Positions 21,201 to 29,610 of a DNA stretch of 64,000 nt are shown one piece after another. The stretch is from Bacteroidota bacterium. Its GTDB lineage: Bacteria; Bacteroidota; Bacteroidia; Chitinophagales; UBA8649. The stretch's first letter is position 1; every line of letters starts with the position of its first letter. A program made the position numbers and the translations under genes. The notes under the pieces were generated by a model, which made no database searches, was not told the origin of the DNA, and saw only the letters and a list, made by a program, of their open reading frames with translations. Where the stretch lies: positions 40,371-104,370 of the forward strand of contig PKDX01000047.1 of the NCBI GenBank assembly GCA_002862745.1. The letters run 5' to 3'.

Positions 21201-22676
21201 CTTGAGGTTCGTGAGATTCCATTTATTGATGTTGCTGATTCGAGATTGTATCCCAATGGAGATACTTTATATGTCAAACAGAATGGAGTGCTTTCTAAAT
21301 TGGAGGATTGCACTTTGACATCACCCGTTAACGAATCTAGGCATCAGTTTAGTGATGTTTCTATGACGGTTAAAGGCCGAAATGAGGCAGATGGTAGAGG
21401 AAATTTTATCTATAACGGGTTGGATTTAGATTCCCAGCTTATTGCAATGGAAAACATAAAGACAAAGCAGACTCAGGAGAAGAAAGAATCCGATAGGACA
21501 TCCTATTTTCATGCGAATGGGGAGCTTCAGATGATTGATAGTTTGCAGTTTATGACCTCCATTTTGGGAATTGGTGATGTCGCCATTGATTCGCGATTTA
21601 ATGGTGTACATCTTGATGGATTCCTTCAAATGGACTGGCAGTCCGATGCCTTGGATAATGATTGGGTGAAAATAAATGACACCATCTACGCTGATTCTAT
21701 TGGGTTTGATTTTCAACAGTCCAAGGCCTTACGAGGTGAGACACTGTATACTGGTATTTACCTTACTCCAAAGGACATCACTCCGTTCTTTCCTCTGTTA
21801 CTATCTCGCATGCGCGTGCCTTCACAAAAACCACTGCTTGAAGTAAAGGGTATGTTTTCTCATAAAGCTGGGGAGGATGAGTATTTCTTCCAAAATGGGA
21901 GTTATGATGCATCGATTCCGGGTTATACTGGGAATGGCCTAACGTATAATATGGCTTCTAAAAATATCAACGGGCAGGGTTTGTTAGACTTACAGCTTCG
22001 CATGGGTCCTGTTGAATTGCTCAATAATGGACGTGTTGCTCATAATGTCGAATCCAATTCGTTCGAGGTCAATATGTCACAGGCTTTATCGATTGGACTC
22101 CCAGATGAAATTTGGCAGGCGATTGGTCTTATGATTAATGAAGCGAGTTTTTCGAGCAAGTCACTGACCTATTATGAGGAGTCAAGTATGCAGGATTGGT
22201 TTGGGCTTTTACAGCGAAAAAATAAGAATCTAAAGGACCTTCGAGGTGCGATGGCTCTGGATCCCTTCTTTGAGTATCCAAAAGGTCTTAAAGGGAATTT
22301 TGTCACACACCAGGTAACCTTCAATTATGAGGATGATGCGCTTTTTCGACGTTTTGCTTCAGTAGGTAAGATTGGAATCTCATTCATAGGAGAGATGCCT
22401 ATTCATAAGGAGGTAAAGGGTAAAATCGTTTTTGAACAGAGAGATGCAGAATCGGATGGATTTGATCTCTACATTGAAAATGATTTAAAGGAATTTGTCC
22501 ATCTTTCCTACCGAGCAAACCATCTTTCAATATTCTCGACAAACAAGGCAGTTATGCAGTCAATAACTGACGTACCTGAGAAAAAGCGCACGGTGGAAAA
22601 CAATGGCAGGTCCATGACCTTTGGTATCGGTTCGAGCCTTAAAACTGAGGAGTTTAAGATTGAGTTTAATCTCTAA
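18207..22676 (+). CDS. Hypothetical giant secreted/envelope protein (1489 aa), family not recognised
   Basis: Uninterrupted 4.47-kb ORF starting 9 bp after prmA. N-terminal signal peptide MKGIYSIGILIVLLFVQSLGLAQ. The composition is rich in D, S, N, F and Y. I see no T9SS CTD or enzymatic motif. Confidence 0.6.
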   Translation: MKGIYSIGILIVLLFVQSLGLAQVSPKYDINDPSYVNSLMESIESSRKDKDDAFPERFSQYVASGQSSNDLMRHIAEYANSMDKVGRWTVDRERRIAGLCMLFDSTKCVPLDQWHEVLADQLGYYYPGKESKFDEEVRQWRQFARSGILTVRGKNTWRVKGKASAVAWSSDEGLTLSFDQPVVLQADNPYDTMALSNTTGIFYGKTYEWQGAGGEMDWVGAGIPRDEAFVQLTSYNVKTTKFEISCDSVLMSYPKYSREAFPGVFKDRLDNQNRDKNYPDFLATVRLPTQQINDYVSVNGGFHLTGNEIGVDAPRGEACIVEFRDPSSQKLLALYKPKSLKVAVPNKIFGGLGSLILFTANDSISHPAVEVEYKIQSNTLEARTGLDIVSDIPFTLGNQNMIVEAEILRWPLDSREIEFNLFTDSRTKSVNIISDKYFSYESFQNSGMRFGNSEIEKIYDSYGGDLRGASLSAKALGSILAPNVAYRQQFSNFYRLMANGFIEFNEAEERVDLLPKIILYVEALRKTSDFDEMGMSSFASGKNVTYDVDLDIATTTGVSSVTISEYDRASIYPDNQTFDIDKDKSFNFSGMFTAGQFEFLDDDALFEYEPYHFVSDSLNELRMDVLYNDPNSASNLLRVKSVIEGADLVVFVNSPDNHSGTFNQDESYPKIETFNHSKVFYSDSSILDGDYNRDSFYFSLDPFTLDSLFYIDSVDLSFIGTLTSAYIFPEVRDTLMLMNDKSLGIKESTGEEGISLYQDRGLLTGFYQLDRSNGVIGTGTVDYLTSDFSSKRIEFFTDSVVAFADSLNIERSEMGFLSPEMKSEKNKLRWFPYEGRLVATSNANNPFSMNQGRTLLEGTLQVTDTAITADGAIEWSDAKLTSEDFTLTDKDIMASSGDLEVKSGGDQVTFSVKDVSMKVDMDENYGTFISNSEDNFIDLAYNAYRVNIREFQWDIDARRLFFRVPEGQDDMTFYATNPSQGDLSFNSGSADYDMSTSSLEVREIPFIDVADSRLYPNGDTLYVKQNGVLSKLEDCTLTSPVNESRHQFSDVSMTVKGRNEADGRGNFIYNGLDLDSQLIAMENIKTKQTQEKKESDRTSYFHANGELQMIDSLQFMTSILGIGDVAIDSRFNGVHLDGFLQMDWQSDALDNDWVKINDTIYADSIGFDFQQSKALRGETLYTGIYLTPKDITPFFPLLLSRMRVPSQKPLLEVKGMFSHKAGEDEYFFQNGSYDASIPGYTGNGLTYNMASKNINGQGLLDLQLRMGPVELLNNGRVAHNVESNSFEVNMSQALSIGLPDEIWQAIGLMINEASFSSKSLTYYEESSMQDWFGLLQRKNKNLKDLRGAMALDPFFEYPKGLKGNFVTHQVTFNYEDDALFRRFASVGKIGISFIGEMPIHKEVKGKIVFEQRDAESDGFDLYIENDLKEFVHLSYRANHLSIFSTNKAVMQSITDVPEKKRTVENNGRSMTFGIGSSLKTEEFKIEFNL

Positions 22677-22681
22677 AAAGT

Positions 22682-25081
22682 CTATTTGGGGTAGTTGCTC
22701 GGATTGGCTTCGTGCATCAAATCATACACTGCAGCATAGACATCATCTGCGCTAGGTTTGCTCCAGTAATCAGCATCGCTTCCATACGCACTGCGATGAG
22801 GCCGAGCGGCAATGGTAATCGGGGGGCTGTCAAGGTATTGGTAGGCACCTTGTTCTTCAATGATTTGTTGAAGAATAAAGCCTGATGCTCCGCCAGGAAC
22901 GTCTTCGTCTAAGACAGCGACCCTGTTTGTTTTTTTGATGGATTCAAGAATATTGCTATCGCAATCAAAGGGCAATAAGGTCTGTATGTCAATGAGTTCA
23001 ACGGAGATATTATCTGCTTCTAGCATGGCAATAGCTTGTTGGGCGATTCGCACGCATGAACCATAGGTTACTAAGGTAATATCATCTCCTTTTTGTAAGG
23101 TTTCTACCTCGCCCATGGGCACCGTGAATTCTCCTATGTTTGCCGGACATCGTTCTTTTAATCGATATCCATTGAGGCATTCTACTACAATAGCTGGCTC
23201 ATCACCCTCAAGGAGCGTGTTGTACATTCCCGCGGCTTGAGTCATATTTCTCGGTACGCAGACATTCATCCCTCGCAACGAGTTGAGCACCATCCCCATA
23301 GGAGACCCTGTGTGCCATATACCCTCCAAGCGGTGCCCCCTTGTTCGAATAATAACTGGACTTCGTTGCTGTCCTGCCGTTCTGTAGGTTAATGTCGCAA
23401 CATCATCTGCTAAAGGCTGTAGGCCGTAAATCAGGTAATCTAAGTATTGAATCTCAGCAATAGGACGTAATCCACGCATAGCCATGCCGATAGCCTGCCC
23501 CATGATGGTTAACTCTCGTATGCCTGTATCAAAGACTCGGTGCTCACCGTATTTTTCTTGTAGCCCGGCAAAGGCTTGATTTACATCACCAATTTTACCT
23601 ACATCTTCTCCAAAGGCTATAACCGCTGGATTGCGAGCCAACGCCGCATCAAAGGCAGCATTGAGAATTTCAAATCCATTAACCTCTTCTTGCTCGTCAA
23701 ACTCAGCGTCTACGATGCTGACATTTTGGGTATTTTTCTTCGTCTCACTAACCCAATGGCTTTGATAGGTTCTTTGACCTAAGTCGTTTATCTCTTCAAT
23801 AAACGATGATAGGTTTTGGTCTGATGCATTGTTTCTTCGAAGCACTCTGTGGGCTTCTTTTGCGATGCGAACAAGGTCTGAATACCCTGGATTGTAAAGG
23901 TCTTTTACCGAGGCTTTAAGATGGGAAATGGTTGCTTGGTTTGATTGTTCGATGAGTCGTTCTAATTCCTTGGCTTTTTCAAGTATCGGTTGCTGATAGG
24001 CTTTCCAAGCTTCTCTCTTAGCGGAATTAGCTGTTTTTTTTGTTTCTTTTTTAATCTGATCAACTTCTTCTTCAGTAAGAATAGCTTTATCGATAAGCCA
24101 CGTGCCCATACGTTGGATGCCATCTGCATTCTGCTCCCATGCGAGTCGCTCTTCGCTTTTGTAGCGTTCGTGAGAACCTGACGTGCTATGTCCCTGAGGT
24201 TGCGTTACCTCTTCAACATGAATGAGGGCAGGGATATGCTTTTCTCGAACGAGCGTACTTATCTTTTCAAAAGTTTGTACCAAGCCAGGATAGTCCCATG
24301 CTTTTGCTTTGACGATAATAACGCCCTCATCATGGTCATCGACCTGAAATCCTGAAAGAACCTCAGAAATACTCTCTTTAGTGGTTTGGTACTTTTTAGG
24401 TACAGATATACCATATCCGTCATCATAGACGACCGTGATCATTGGTATTTTCAACACACCCGCTGCATTAATCGCCTCCCAGAAATGTCCCTCGGACGTA
24501 GATGCATCGCCGATACTCACAAAACATACTTCTTGTCCCTTAGTCGAGAATTTGTTGTCCGTTTGAAGTTCTGGATTGTTTCGATAGAACTTAGAAGCTA
24601 AGGCTAGGCCCACAGCACGGGGCATTTGGCTTGCGGTCGATGAGACATCTGCTGCAACATTATACCTTGATTTGAGTTCTAACCAGTTACCCTCCTGATC
24701 AATTAGTGGGGTCGCGAAGTGAGCATTCATCTGTCTACCATGCGACATAGGTTCGTGATCGGGATTGCTATCCGCGTATAACTGAGCGAAGAATTGTGTT
24801 GGCGTGATAACACCAAGTGCGAGCATCCAGGTTTGGTCACGATAATAGCCCGAACGAAAATCACCAGGCTTGAAAGATCGGGCAAGCGCTACTTGAGTAA
24901 CCTCTTTGCCATCACCAAATATTCCGAATTTTCCTTTTCCTCCAAGGACTTCTTTGCGCCCTGCGAGACTCATCTCACGACTGAGGCATGCCGTCTTAAA
25001 ATCGTCAATTACTTGTTGTTTGAAACGCTGTGCCGGCGAGGAGTTGGATAGGTTTTTCTGTAGTGAGGCATCTCGTGACAT
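22682..25081 (-). CDS. 2-oxoacid dehydrogenase E1 component, long alpha/beta fusion (799 aa)
   Basis: Alpha-like TPP region SIGDASTSEGHFWEAINAAGVLKIPMITVVYDDGYGISVP. A charged helical linker of ~130 aa follows. The beta-like module is AFGEDVGKIGDVNQAF...FDTGIRELTIMGQAIGMA. It lies directly downstream of an E2 gene on the same strand. Confidence 0.8.
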   Translation of the reverse strand: MSRDASLQKNLSNSSPAQRFKQQVIDDFKTACLSREMSLAGRKEVLGGKGKFGIFGDGKEVTQVALARSFKPGDFRSGYYRDQTWMLALGVITPTQFFAQLYADSNPDHEPMSHGRQMNAHFATPLIDQEGNWLELKSRYNVAADVSSTASQMPRAVGLALASKFYRNNPELQTDNKFSTKGQEVCFVSIGDASTSEGHFWEAINAAGVLKIPMITVVYDDGYGISVPKKYQTTKESISEVLSGFQVDDHDEGVIIVKAKAWDYPGLVQTFEKISTLVREKHIPALIHVEEVTQPQGHSTSGSHERYKSEERLAWEQNADGIQRMGTWLIDKAILTEEEVDQIKKETKKTANSAKREAWKAYQQPILEKAKELERLIEQSNQATISHLKASVKDLYNPGYSDLVRIAKEAHRVLRRNNASDQNLSSFIEEINDLGQRTYQSHWVSETKKNTQNVSIVDAEFDEQEEVNGFEILNAAFDAALARNPAVIAFGEDVGKIGDVNQAFAGLQEKYGEHRVFDTGIRELTIMGQAIGMAMRGLRPIAEIQYLDYLIYGLQPLADDVATLTYRTAGQQRSPVIIRTRGHRLEGIWHTGSPMGMVLNSLRGMNVCVPRNMTQAAGMYNTLLEGDEPAIVVECLNGYRLKERCPANIGEFTVPMGEVETLQKGDDITLVTYGSCVRIAQQAIAMLEADNISVELIDIQTLLPFDCDSNILESIKKTNRVAVLDEDVPGGASGFILQQIIEEQGAYQYLDSPPITIAARPHRSAYGSDADYWSKPSADDVYAAVYDLMHEANPSNYPK

Positions 25082-25128
25082 ACCTCAAATATACGACGAC
25101 TAAACCGTTACGCTAAAGCAACGCTTAT

Positions 25129-26388
25129 CTAGAGCAACATACTCACTGGATTCTCCAAGTGACCTTTTAAGGTGGCTAGGAAGGCTGCACCAACTGCTCC
25201 ATCGACAACGCGATGATCACAGGATAAGGTGAGTTTCATCATTTGCTTCTCTACCAACTCTCCATCTTCAAGTGCTAGTTCAGGGCGAATGGCACCTACA
25301 GCAAGAATACATGCATCTGGTGGGTTAACAATGGCAGTAAACTCATCGATTCCCATCATTCCAAGATTAGAGATGCTAAACGTATTACCCTGCATTTCTT
25401 CTGAAGCAAGTTGTCGTTGTCTTGCCTTTTCTACAAAACCTCGAGCGGCAGCTGAAATTTCAGAAAGGCCTAGTTGATCTGCATGCTTGATTACAGGAAC
25501 TACAAGCCCTTCGTCAACAGCTACGGCCATTCCAATATTGATATCCGCATGATAGCGAATGATATCTCCAAGCCATGAAGCATTAATATTCGGGTGCTTA
25601 CGCAGCGCCATAGCACAAGCCTTGATGACTAAATCATTAAAGGAGAACTTCATATCGAAGGCAGCCTTAATCTCTTTTCTTGCCTCCATTGCATTACGCA
25701 TGTCGACAGAAACCTTCAAGTAGAAATGAGGAGCGGTAAATTTACTTTCACTGAGTCGTTTAGCAATTGTCTTTCGCATCATACTTACACGCTCATCACG
25801 CGCCTCTAAGGTGGCGGTGAATACTTTGTTTACTGATGGTGTCGGATTTTCTGCATACGCTTCAACGTCACGCTTCACGATACGCCCATCTTCACCAGAA
25901 CCTTGTACATTGGATAAGTTGACCTTAAAGTCTTCTGCCATTTTACGTGCTAAAGGGCTTGCTTTTACCCGGCTATCCTCATTGGAGGAAGTAGGTTGAC
26001 TTTGTGGTGCCTGACTTACTTCTTTTACGCTAGGTGCCGGTGCAGATACTTCTGTACTTGGTTTATCAGCTTCTGGTGCAGCAGGTTGCTCGGCAGGAGC
26101 GGCAGGAGCTTCTTCTTCTGCTGAGTTTAGCAATTCTTCGAAAGATTCTCCCTCTTCACCTAGAATAGCTACTCGTCCATTAACTGGAATGGCATCACCT
26201 TCTCCCGCAATGATATGAAGTACAACGCCTTCCTGATCTGATTCCCAATCCATTGCTGCCTTATCCGTTTCAACTTCACCAATCAAGTCACCTGGGTTGA
26301 GGGTGTCACCTACTTTTATTGCAATAGAAGCGATTACTCCTTCTTCCATTGTATCACTCATGCGGGGTAGTCTTAAAAATTCGGCCAT
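25129..26388 (-). CDS. Dihydrolipoamide acyltransferase (E2) of a 2-oxoacid dehydrogenase complex
   Basis: Lipoyl domain (GEVETDKAAMDWES), an Ala/Pro-rich linker, an E3/E1-binding segment (ASPLARKMAEDFKVNL) and the catalytic motif SCDHRVVDGA. Confidence 0.9.
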   Translation of the reverse strand: MAEFLRLPRMSDTMEEGVIASIAIKVGDTLNPGDLIGEVETDKAAMDWESDQEGVVLHIIAGEGDAIPVNGRVAILGEEGESFEELLNSAEEEAPAAPAEQPAAPEADKPSTEVSAPAPSVKEVSQAPQSQPTSSNEDSRVKASPLARKMAEDFKVNLSNVQGSGEDGRIVKRDVEAYAENPTPSVNKVFTATLEARDERVSMMRKTIAKRLSESKFTAPHFYLKVSVDMRNAMEARKEIKAAFDMKFSFNDLVIKACAMALRKHPNINASWLGDIIRYHADINIGMAVAVDEGLVVPVIKHADQLGLSEISAAARGFVEKARQRQLASEEMQGNTFSISNLGMMGIDEFTAIVNPPDACILAVGAIRPELALEDGELVEKQMMKLTLSCDHRVVDGAVGAAFLATLKGHLENPVSMLL

Positions 26389-26448
26389 GGTTTTATTTGA
26401 AGTGCAAATTTAAGGGGTATTGATCTATTCTCCTATGTCAATTTATAT

Positions 26449-28326
26449 TTAAGCCGAATAATCAATCTCCAAGCCTAGGTCATCGATGAAGTTTCGCATT
26501 GCTGGATTCTTTTCGTGCATTAACTCGGCTGATTTTTTTGCGTTCTGTAAAACGCCTTTCTTCTCTTGCTTCCCTTGTTGTATGTAAACTATGCAAAGCG
26601 TGGGTGCATCGGATAATCTTTCTTGGATGTAATTATTAATCGGTGCCATGTGCGTTTCTATAAAATCCTTTTGCGCACTAGCTGTCGCGGTAAAAATCAA
26701 ATTTTTGTCTTCCAGGGAGGTATCGAGTTTGGCTAAAATACTTGCCACGGATTGCTGGTCATTTTGTTTTAGGTATTCCTCCACTTGGGCAAGAATGGAT
26801 TCGATTTTTTGATCCCAAGAAATTCTTTGAACATTCTCTTCGGGACTTACTGGTTTCTCTTCTGTTTTCGGAGGTAGTAATTCCTCAGTATCCAAATCTT
26901 CAAGGCGTAAACGTTTGCCCTTTGTTGTTGCCGAGCTAGGTGATTTGCTGTCAACAGGTAGATCCTCTACAGTCGTGTGTGTTTCGATTTGAGAGCTTGA
27001 GGTCTCCTTCGCCTGTGCATCAGTTTGTTTCTCGGGATGTTTTTCTGTCTGTTTATTGTTGACTGCAGTTGGCGCAGAGTGAGTAGATGCCTCCTCTAAT
27101 GATTCCCTAGGTTCAATGGATTTGGCGACTTCTTTAGTTCCGATATCTAGTGAATCAGAGCGGTTTTCTTGCGAAGTATTATTGGATTGTGGGGGAGTAG
27201 CGGTGCTAGGCGCCTTATCTAGCTCAGCCGTTTTTTTTTTAATCGCGCCTCCTTCTATTACTTGCGATGCATGGGCTATACGAATCAAACATACTTCTAC
27301 ATGAAGGCGCTTATTTAGTGCTCTCTGATAGCTTACTTCTGCATCATTTATTAAGGCAAGCGCATTGATTAGAAAGGATGGGGTAGCAAGCTCAGCTTGC
27401 TCAGAGGCTCTTTGTATTTTTTTCTCACTTCCCATCATAAGGGAGTGCAAGCGGGCATCTTTCGCAATCAACAGCGTGCGGATGTATTCGGCTAGACCTT
27501 GCATAAAGGTATCTCCTTCAAAGCCTTGTTCTAGCACTTGGTTGAAGAGGGAAATCGCCCTTCCATGATCATTGATCATTAGACCTTCCGTTGTTTCTGA
27601 AAACGTTGACCAATCCAGAATGTTAAGTTGTTGTAAAACGGAGGCTTGTGTGAGTTTGCTGTCATCTAATCCTGCCACAAGTCGGTCAAAAACTGACAGG
27701 GCATCACGTAAGGCTCCATCAGCAGATTCTGCGATAATGTGGTAAGCTTCTTCCTCTACGTCGTATTGTTCCGCCTGGGCCACATGTTTGAGTTGCTGAA
27801 TAATAGATGGAACACTAATCCTCTTGAAATCAAAAATTTGACAACGGGATAAAATGGTGGGAAGAATCTTGTGCTTTTCAGTCGTTGCTAGAATGAAAAT
27901 AGCATAGGGTGGGGGCTCTTCCAACGTCTTTAAAAAGGCGTTGAAAGCTGCTTGAGATAGCATGTGTACCTCATCAATGATATAGATTTTGTATCGACCC
28001 GTTTGAGGAGGTATGCGCACTTGCTCCATCAAACTACGCATGTCTTCCACCTTGTTATTTGAAGCGGCGTCAAGTTCAAAAATGTTGAAGGCAAAATCCT
28101 CGTTTTCTTCAGAAAGTCCGTCAATCTTACTAAGATTTACGGCTTTTGCTAGGATTCTTGCTGTTGTGGTTTTTCCTACGCCTCGCGGTCCACAAAACAA
28201 AAAGGCCTGGGCAATCTTTTCAGCAGTAATGGCGCGCGAAAGCGTCTCGGTGATACTTTCTTGACCGACAACTTCTTTGAAATCTTTCGGTCTGTATTTC
28301 CTTGCTGAGACGATAAATTGGCCCAT
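26449..28326 (-). CDS. dnaX: DNA polymerase III subunit tau (gamma/tau)
   Basis: Walker A GPRGVGKTT, Walker B IIDEVHML, and SRC motif LSRCQIF. A low-complexity linker and a C-terminal tau-type domain follow. Confidence 0.92.
   Translation of the reverse strand: MGQFIVSARKYRPKDFKEVVGQESITETLSRAITAEKIAQAFLFCGPRGVGKTTTARILAKAVNLSKIDGLSEENEDFAFNIFELDAASNNKVEDMRSLMEQVRIPPQTGRYKIYIIDEVHMLSQAAFNAFLKTLEEPPPYAIFILATTEKHKILPTILSRCQIFDFKRISVPSIIQQLKHVAQAEQYDVEEEAYHIIAESADGALRDALSVFDRLVAGLDDSKLTQASVLQQLNILDWSTFSETTEGLMINDHGRAISLFNQVLEQGFEGDTFMQGLAEYIRTLLIAKDARLHSLMMGSEKKIQRASEQAELATPSFLINALALINDAEVSYQRALNKRLHVEVCLIRIAHASQVIEGGAIKKKTAELDKAPSTATPPQSNNTSQENRSDSLDIGTKEVAKSIEPRESLEEASTHSAPTAVNNKQTEKHPEKQTDAQAKETSSSQIETHTTVEDLPVDSKSPSSATTKGKRLRLEDLDTEELLPPKTEEKPVSPEENVQRISWDQKIESILAQVEEYLKQNDQQSVASILAKLDTSLEDKNLIFTATASAQKDFIETHMAPINNYIQERLSDAPTLCIVYIQQGKQEKKGVLQNAKKSAELMHEKNPAMRNFIDDLGLEIDYSA
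27231..27240 (-). other. A10 homopolymer (T10 on the plus strand) inside dnaX: candidate slippery site for frameshifting or transcriptional slippage
   Basis: The coding strand reads ATT AAA AAA AAA ACG GCT GAG CTA G. The -1 frame gives AAC GGC TGA. The +1 frame gives CGG CTG AGC TAG. I worked this out base by base from the sequence. Confidence 0.5.
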
Positions 28327-28645
28327 GCCATGAAAGTAGGTATAAATCTTAGAATTGTGTCTTATAGAATATGAGCTTTATACACAAAATTCTGGCTAAA
28401 AGCGGGTGCTGAGCTTAGCTAAATCAAAAAAGTTTCATTTTTCTTGATTTTTTTTAATTCACTGGTGATCATTTAGGACCCAGTTAAAATGTTTTATGAG
28501 TATTTGAAGGATAGCACTTTACATATTGACTCTTTTTATATATATGGAAAATTCTATGTATAAGTGCTGTAAATCACTGAAATACAGTGTTTTGGGTCTT
28601 GAATTTTTGGTGTTTTTATGCAAAATTCAATTACCTTAGTTCTCG

Positions 28646-29560
28646 ATGAGAGAAATGAATAACGCTGTTGCAACTAGATTGTTGACACCTGAAGTATTAT
28701 CCTTTAGAAGGAATTCAAGATGGTCAATTGTAGTATTTCTACTGTTAATGAGTGTGGTTGTTCAAGCTCAATACAATAAGAAGTTATCATCGCAGGAATT
28801 GAGTGTAGGGTTTGGAGGAATGAATTATCTCGGGGACATCTCTATGGATGGACAGCGAGGTTTCTTCGGAGGGGTGGATATGCAAGCTACTCGTCCTATG
28901 CTAGCACTTTCTTACCGTCATAATTATCATGCTCACATAGGAGGCCGAATCACGACAACTATAGGACAGATTTGCGGGGATGATGGATGGGGTAAGGGCA
29001 GCAATGCCAGTCGGAACCTGCATTTTAAATCCATTGTGGCAGACTTTAGCGCCCAAGTGGAGTTTAATCTCCTACCATACCATCCAGGGCACTTTAAGTT
29101 CAAAGCAACGCCTTTTGTGGCTTTCGGTTTTGGTGGAATGTACTTTAATCCAAAAGCGGAGTTAAATGGTGAATGGATTGCCCTACAGCCTTTAGGTACT
29201 GAAGGTCAGCATTTGGATAAATATTGGGACCGCCCACAATACCTCAGAATGGCGCTTACCATACCAGTAAACATGGGGGTTAAATGGAATATAAACAAGC
29301 ATTGGAGTATGGCGACGGAATTTGGTTTCCGTTATGTGTTCTCTGATTATGTAGATGATGTTAGTGGTTTTTATGCCGATGTGAGCCTCTTTGATGCGAG
29401 CGCTCATCCTGATGCAGCACTGGCTAGACAACTGAGTTATCGCGGCTCAGCACCGATTGAAGGCACCGTATTGGAACAAACATTACGTGGCAATCCATCG
29501 AACCGTGATCATATGTTCTTTGTAATGTTTTCGCTTACGCGCAAATTGGGAGGGTTTTAG
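28646..29560 (+). CDS. Putative outer-membrane beta-barrel protein (resembles Bacteroidota DUF6089-type proteins; unverified)
   Basis: Signal-like segment RWSIVVFLLLMSVVVQAQ. Alternating amphipathic strands rich in G, Y and F (FVAFGFGGMYFNP, WSMATEFGFRYVFSDY). The start codon is uncertain (28646 or 28655). Confidence 0.5.
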   Translation: MREMNNAVATRLLTPEVLSFRRNSRWSIVVFLLLMSVVVQAQYNKKLSSQELSVGFGGMNYLGDISMDGQRGFFGGVDMQATRPMLALSYRHNYHAHIGGRITTTIGQICGDDGWGKGSNASRNLHFKSIVADFSAQVEFNLLPYHPGHFKFKATPFVAFGFGGMYFNPKAELNGEWIALQPLGTEGQHLDKYWDRPQYLRMALTIPVNMGVKWNINKHWSMATEFGFRYVFSDYVDDVSGFYADVSLFDASAHPDAALARQLSYRGSAPIEGTVLEQTLRGNPSNRDHMFFVMFSLTRKLGGF

Positions 29561-29562
29561 AT

Positions 29563-29580
29563 ACCAAACGACCGTTTGGT
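29563..29580. promoter_or_regulatory. 18-bp inverted repeat ACCAAACG-AC-CGTTTGGT, candidate TetR operator (autoregulatory)
   Basis: Perfect 8+2+8 inverted repeat about 30 bp upstream of the TetR ATG at 29611. A near-identical copy lies upstream of the fad operon (38553-38570). Confidence 0.45.
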
Positions 29581-29610
29581 TAATGATGGTTGTTGGTGTA
29601 TATTCACAAT

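Noticed and set aside
24034-24041. Other homopolymer tracts, considered as phase-variation or recoding sites: T8 at 24034-24041 in the long E1 gene, A8 just upstream of the Zn-peptidase start near 47971, and a T tract (~9 nt) in the dnaX/OMP intergenic region near 28450.
   Set aside because: Unlike the dnaX A10, these are shorter, are not at a domain boundary, and have no known precedent of alternative products. They encode ordinary Lys codons or lie in AT-rich spacers.
28327-28645. The largest intergenic region (319 bp, AT-rich) between divergent dnaX and an OMP gene. I examined it for an SRP/4.5S RNA (often near dnaX), other ncRNAs, repeats or a small ORF.
   Set aside because: I found no conserved SRP RNA helix-8 motif and no tRNA-like or repeat structure. 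There are only short imperfect hairpins (for example AGAATTGTGT...ACACAAAATTCT with a bulge, and CACTG-AAATA-CAGTG). It is most simply a divergent promoter region. A covariance-model scan would be needed to exclude an ncRNA.
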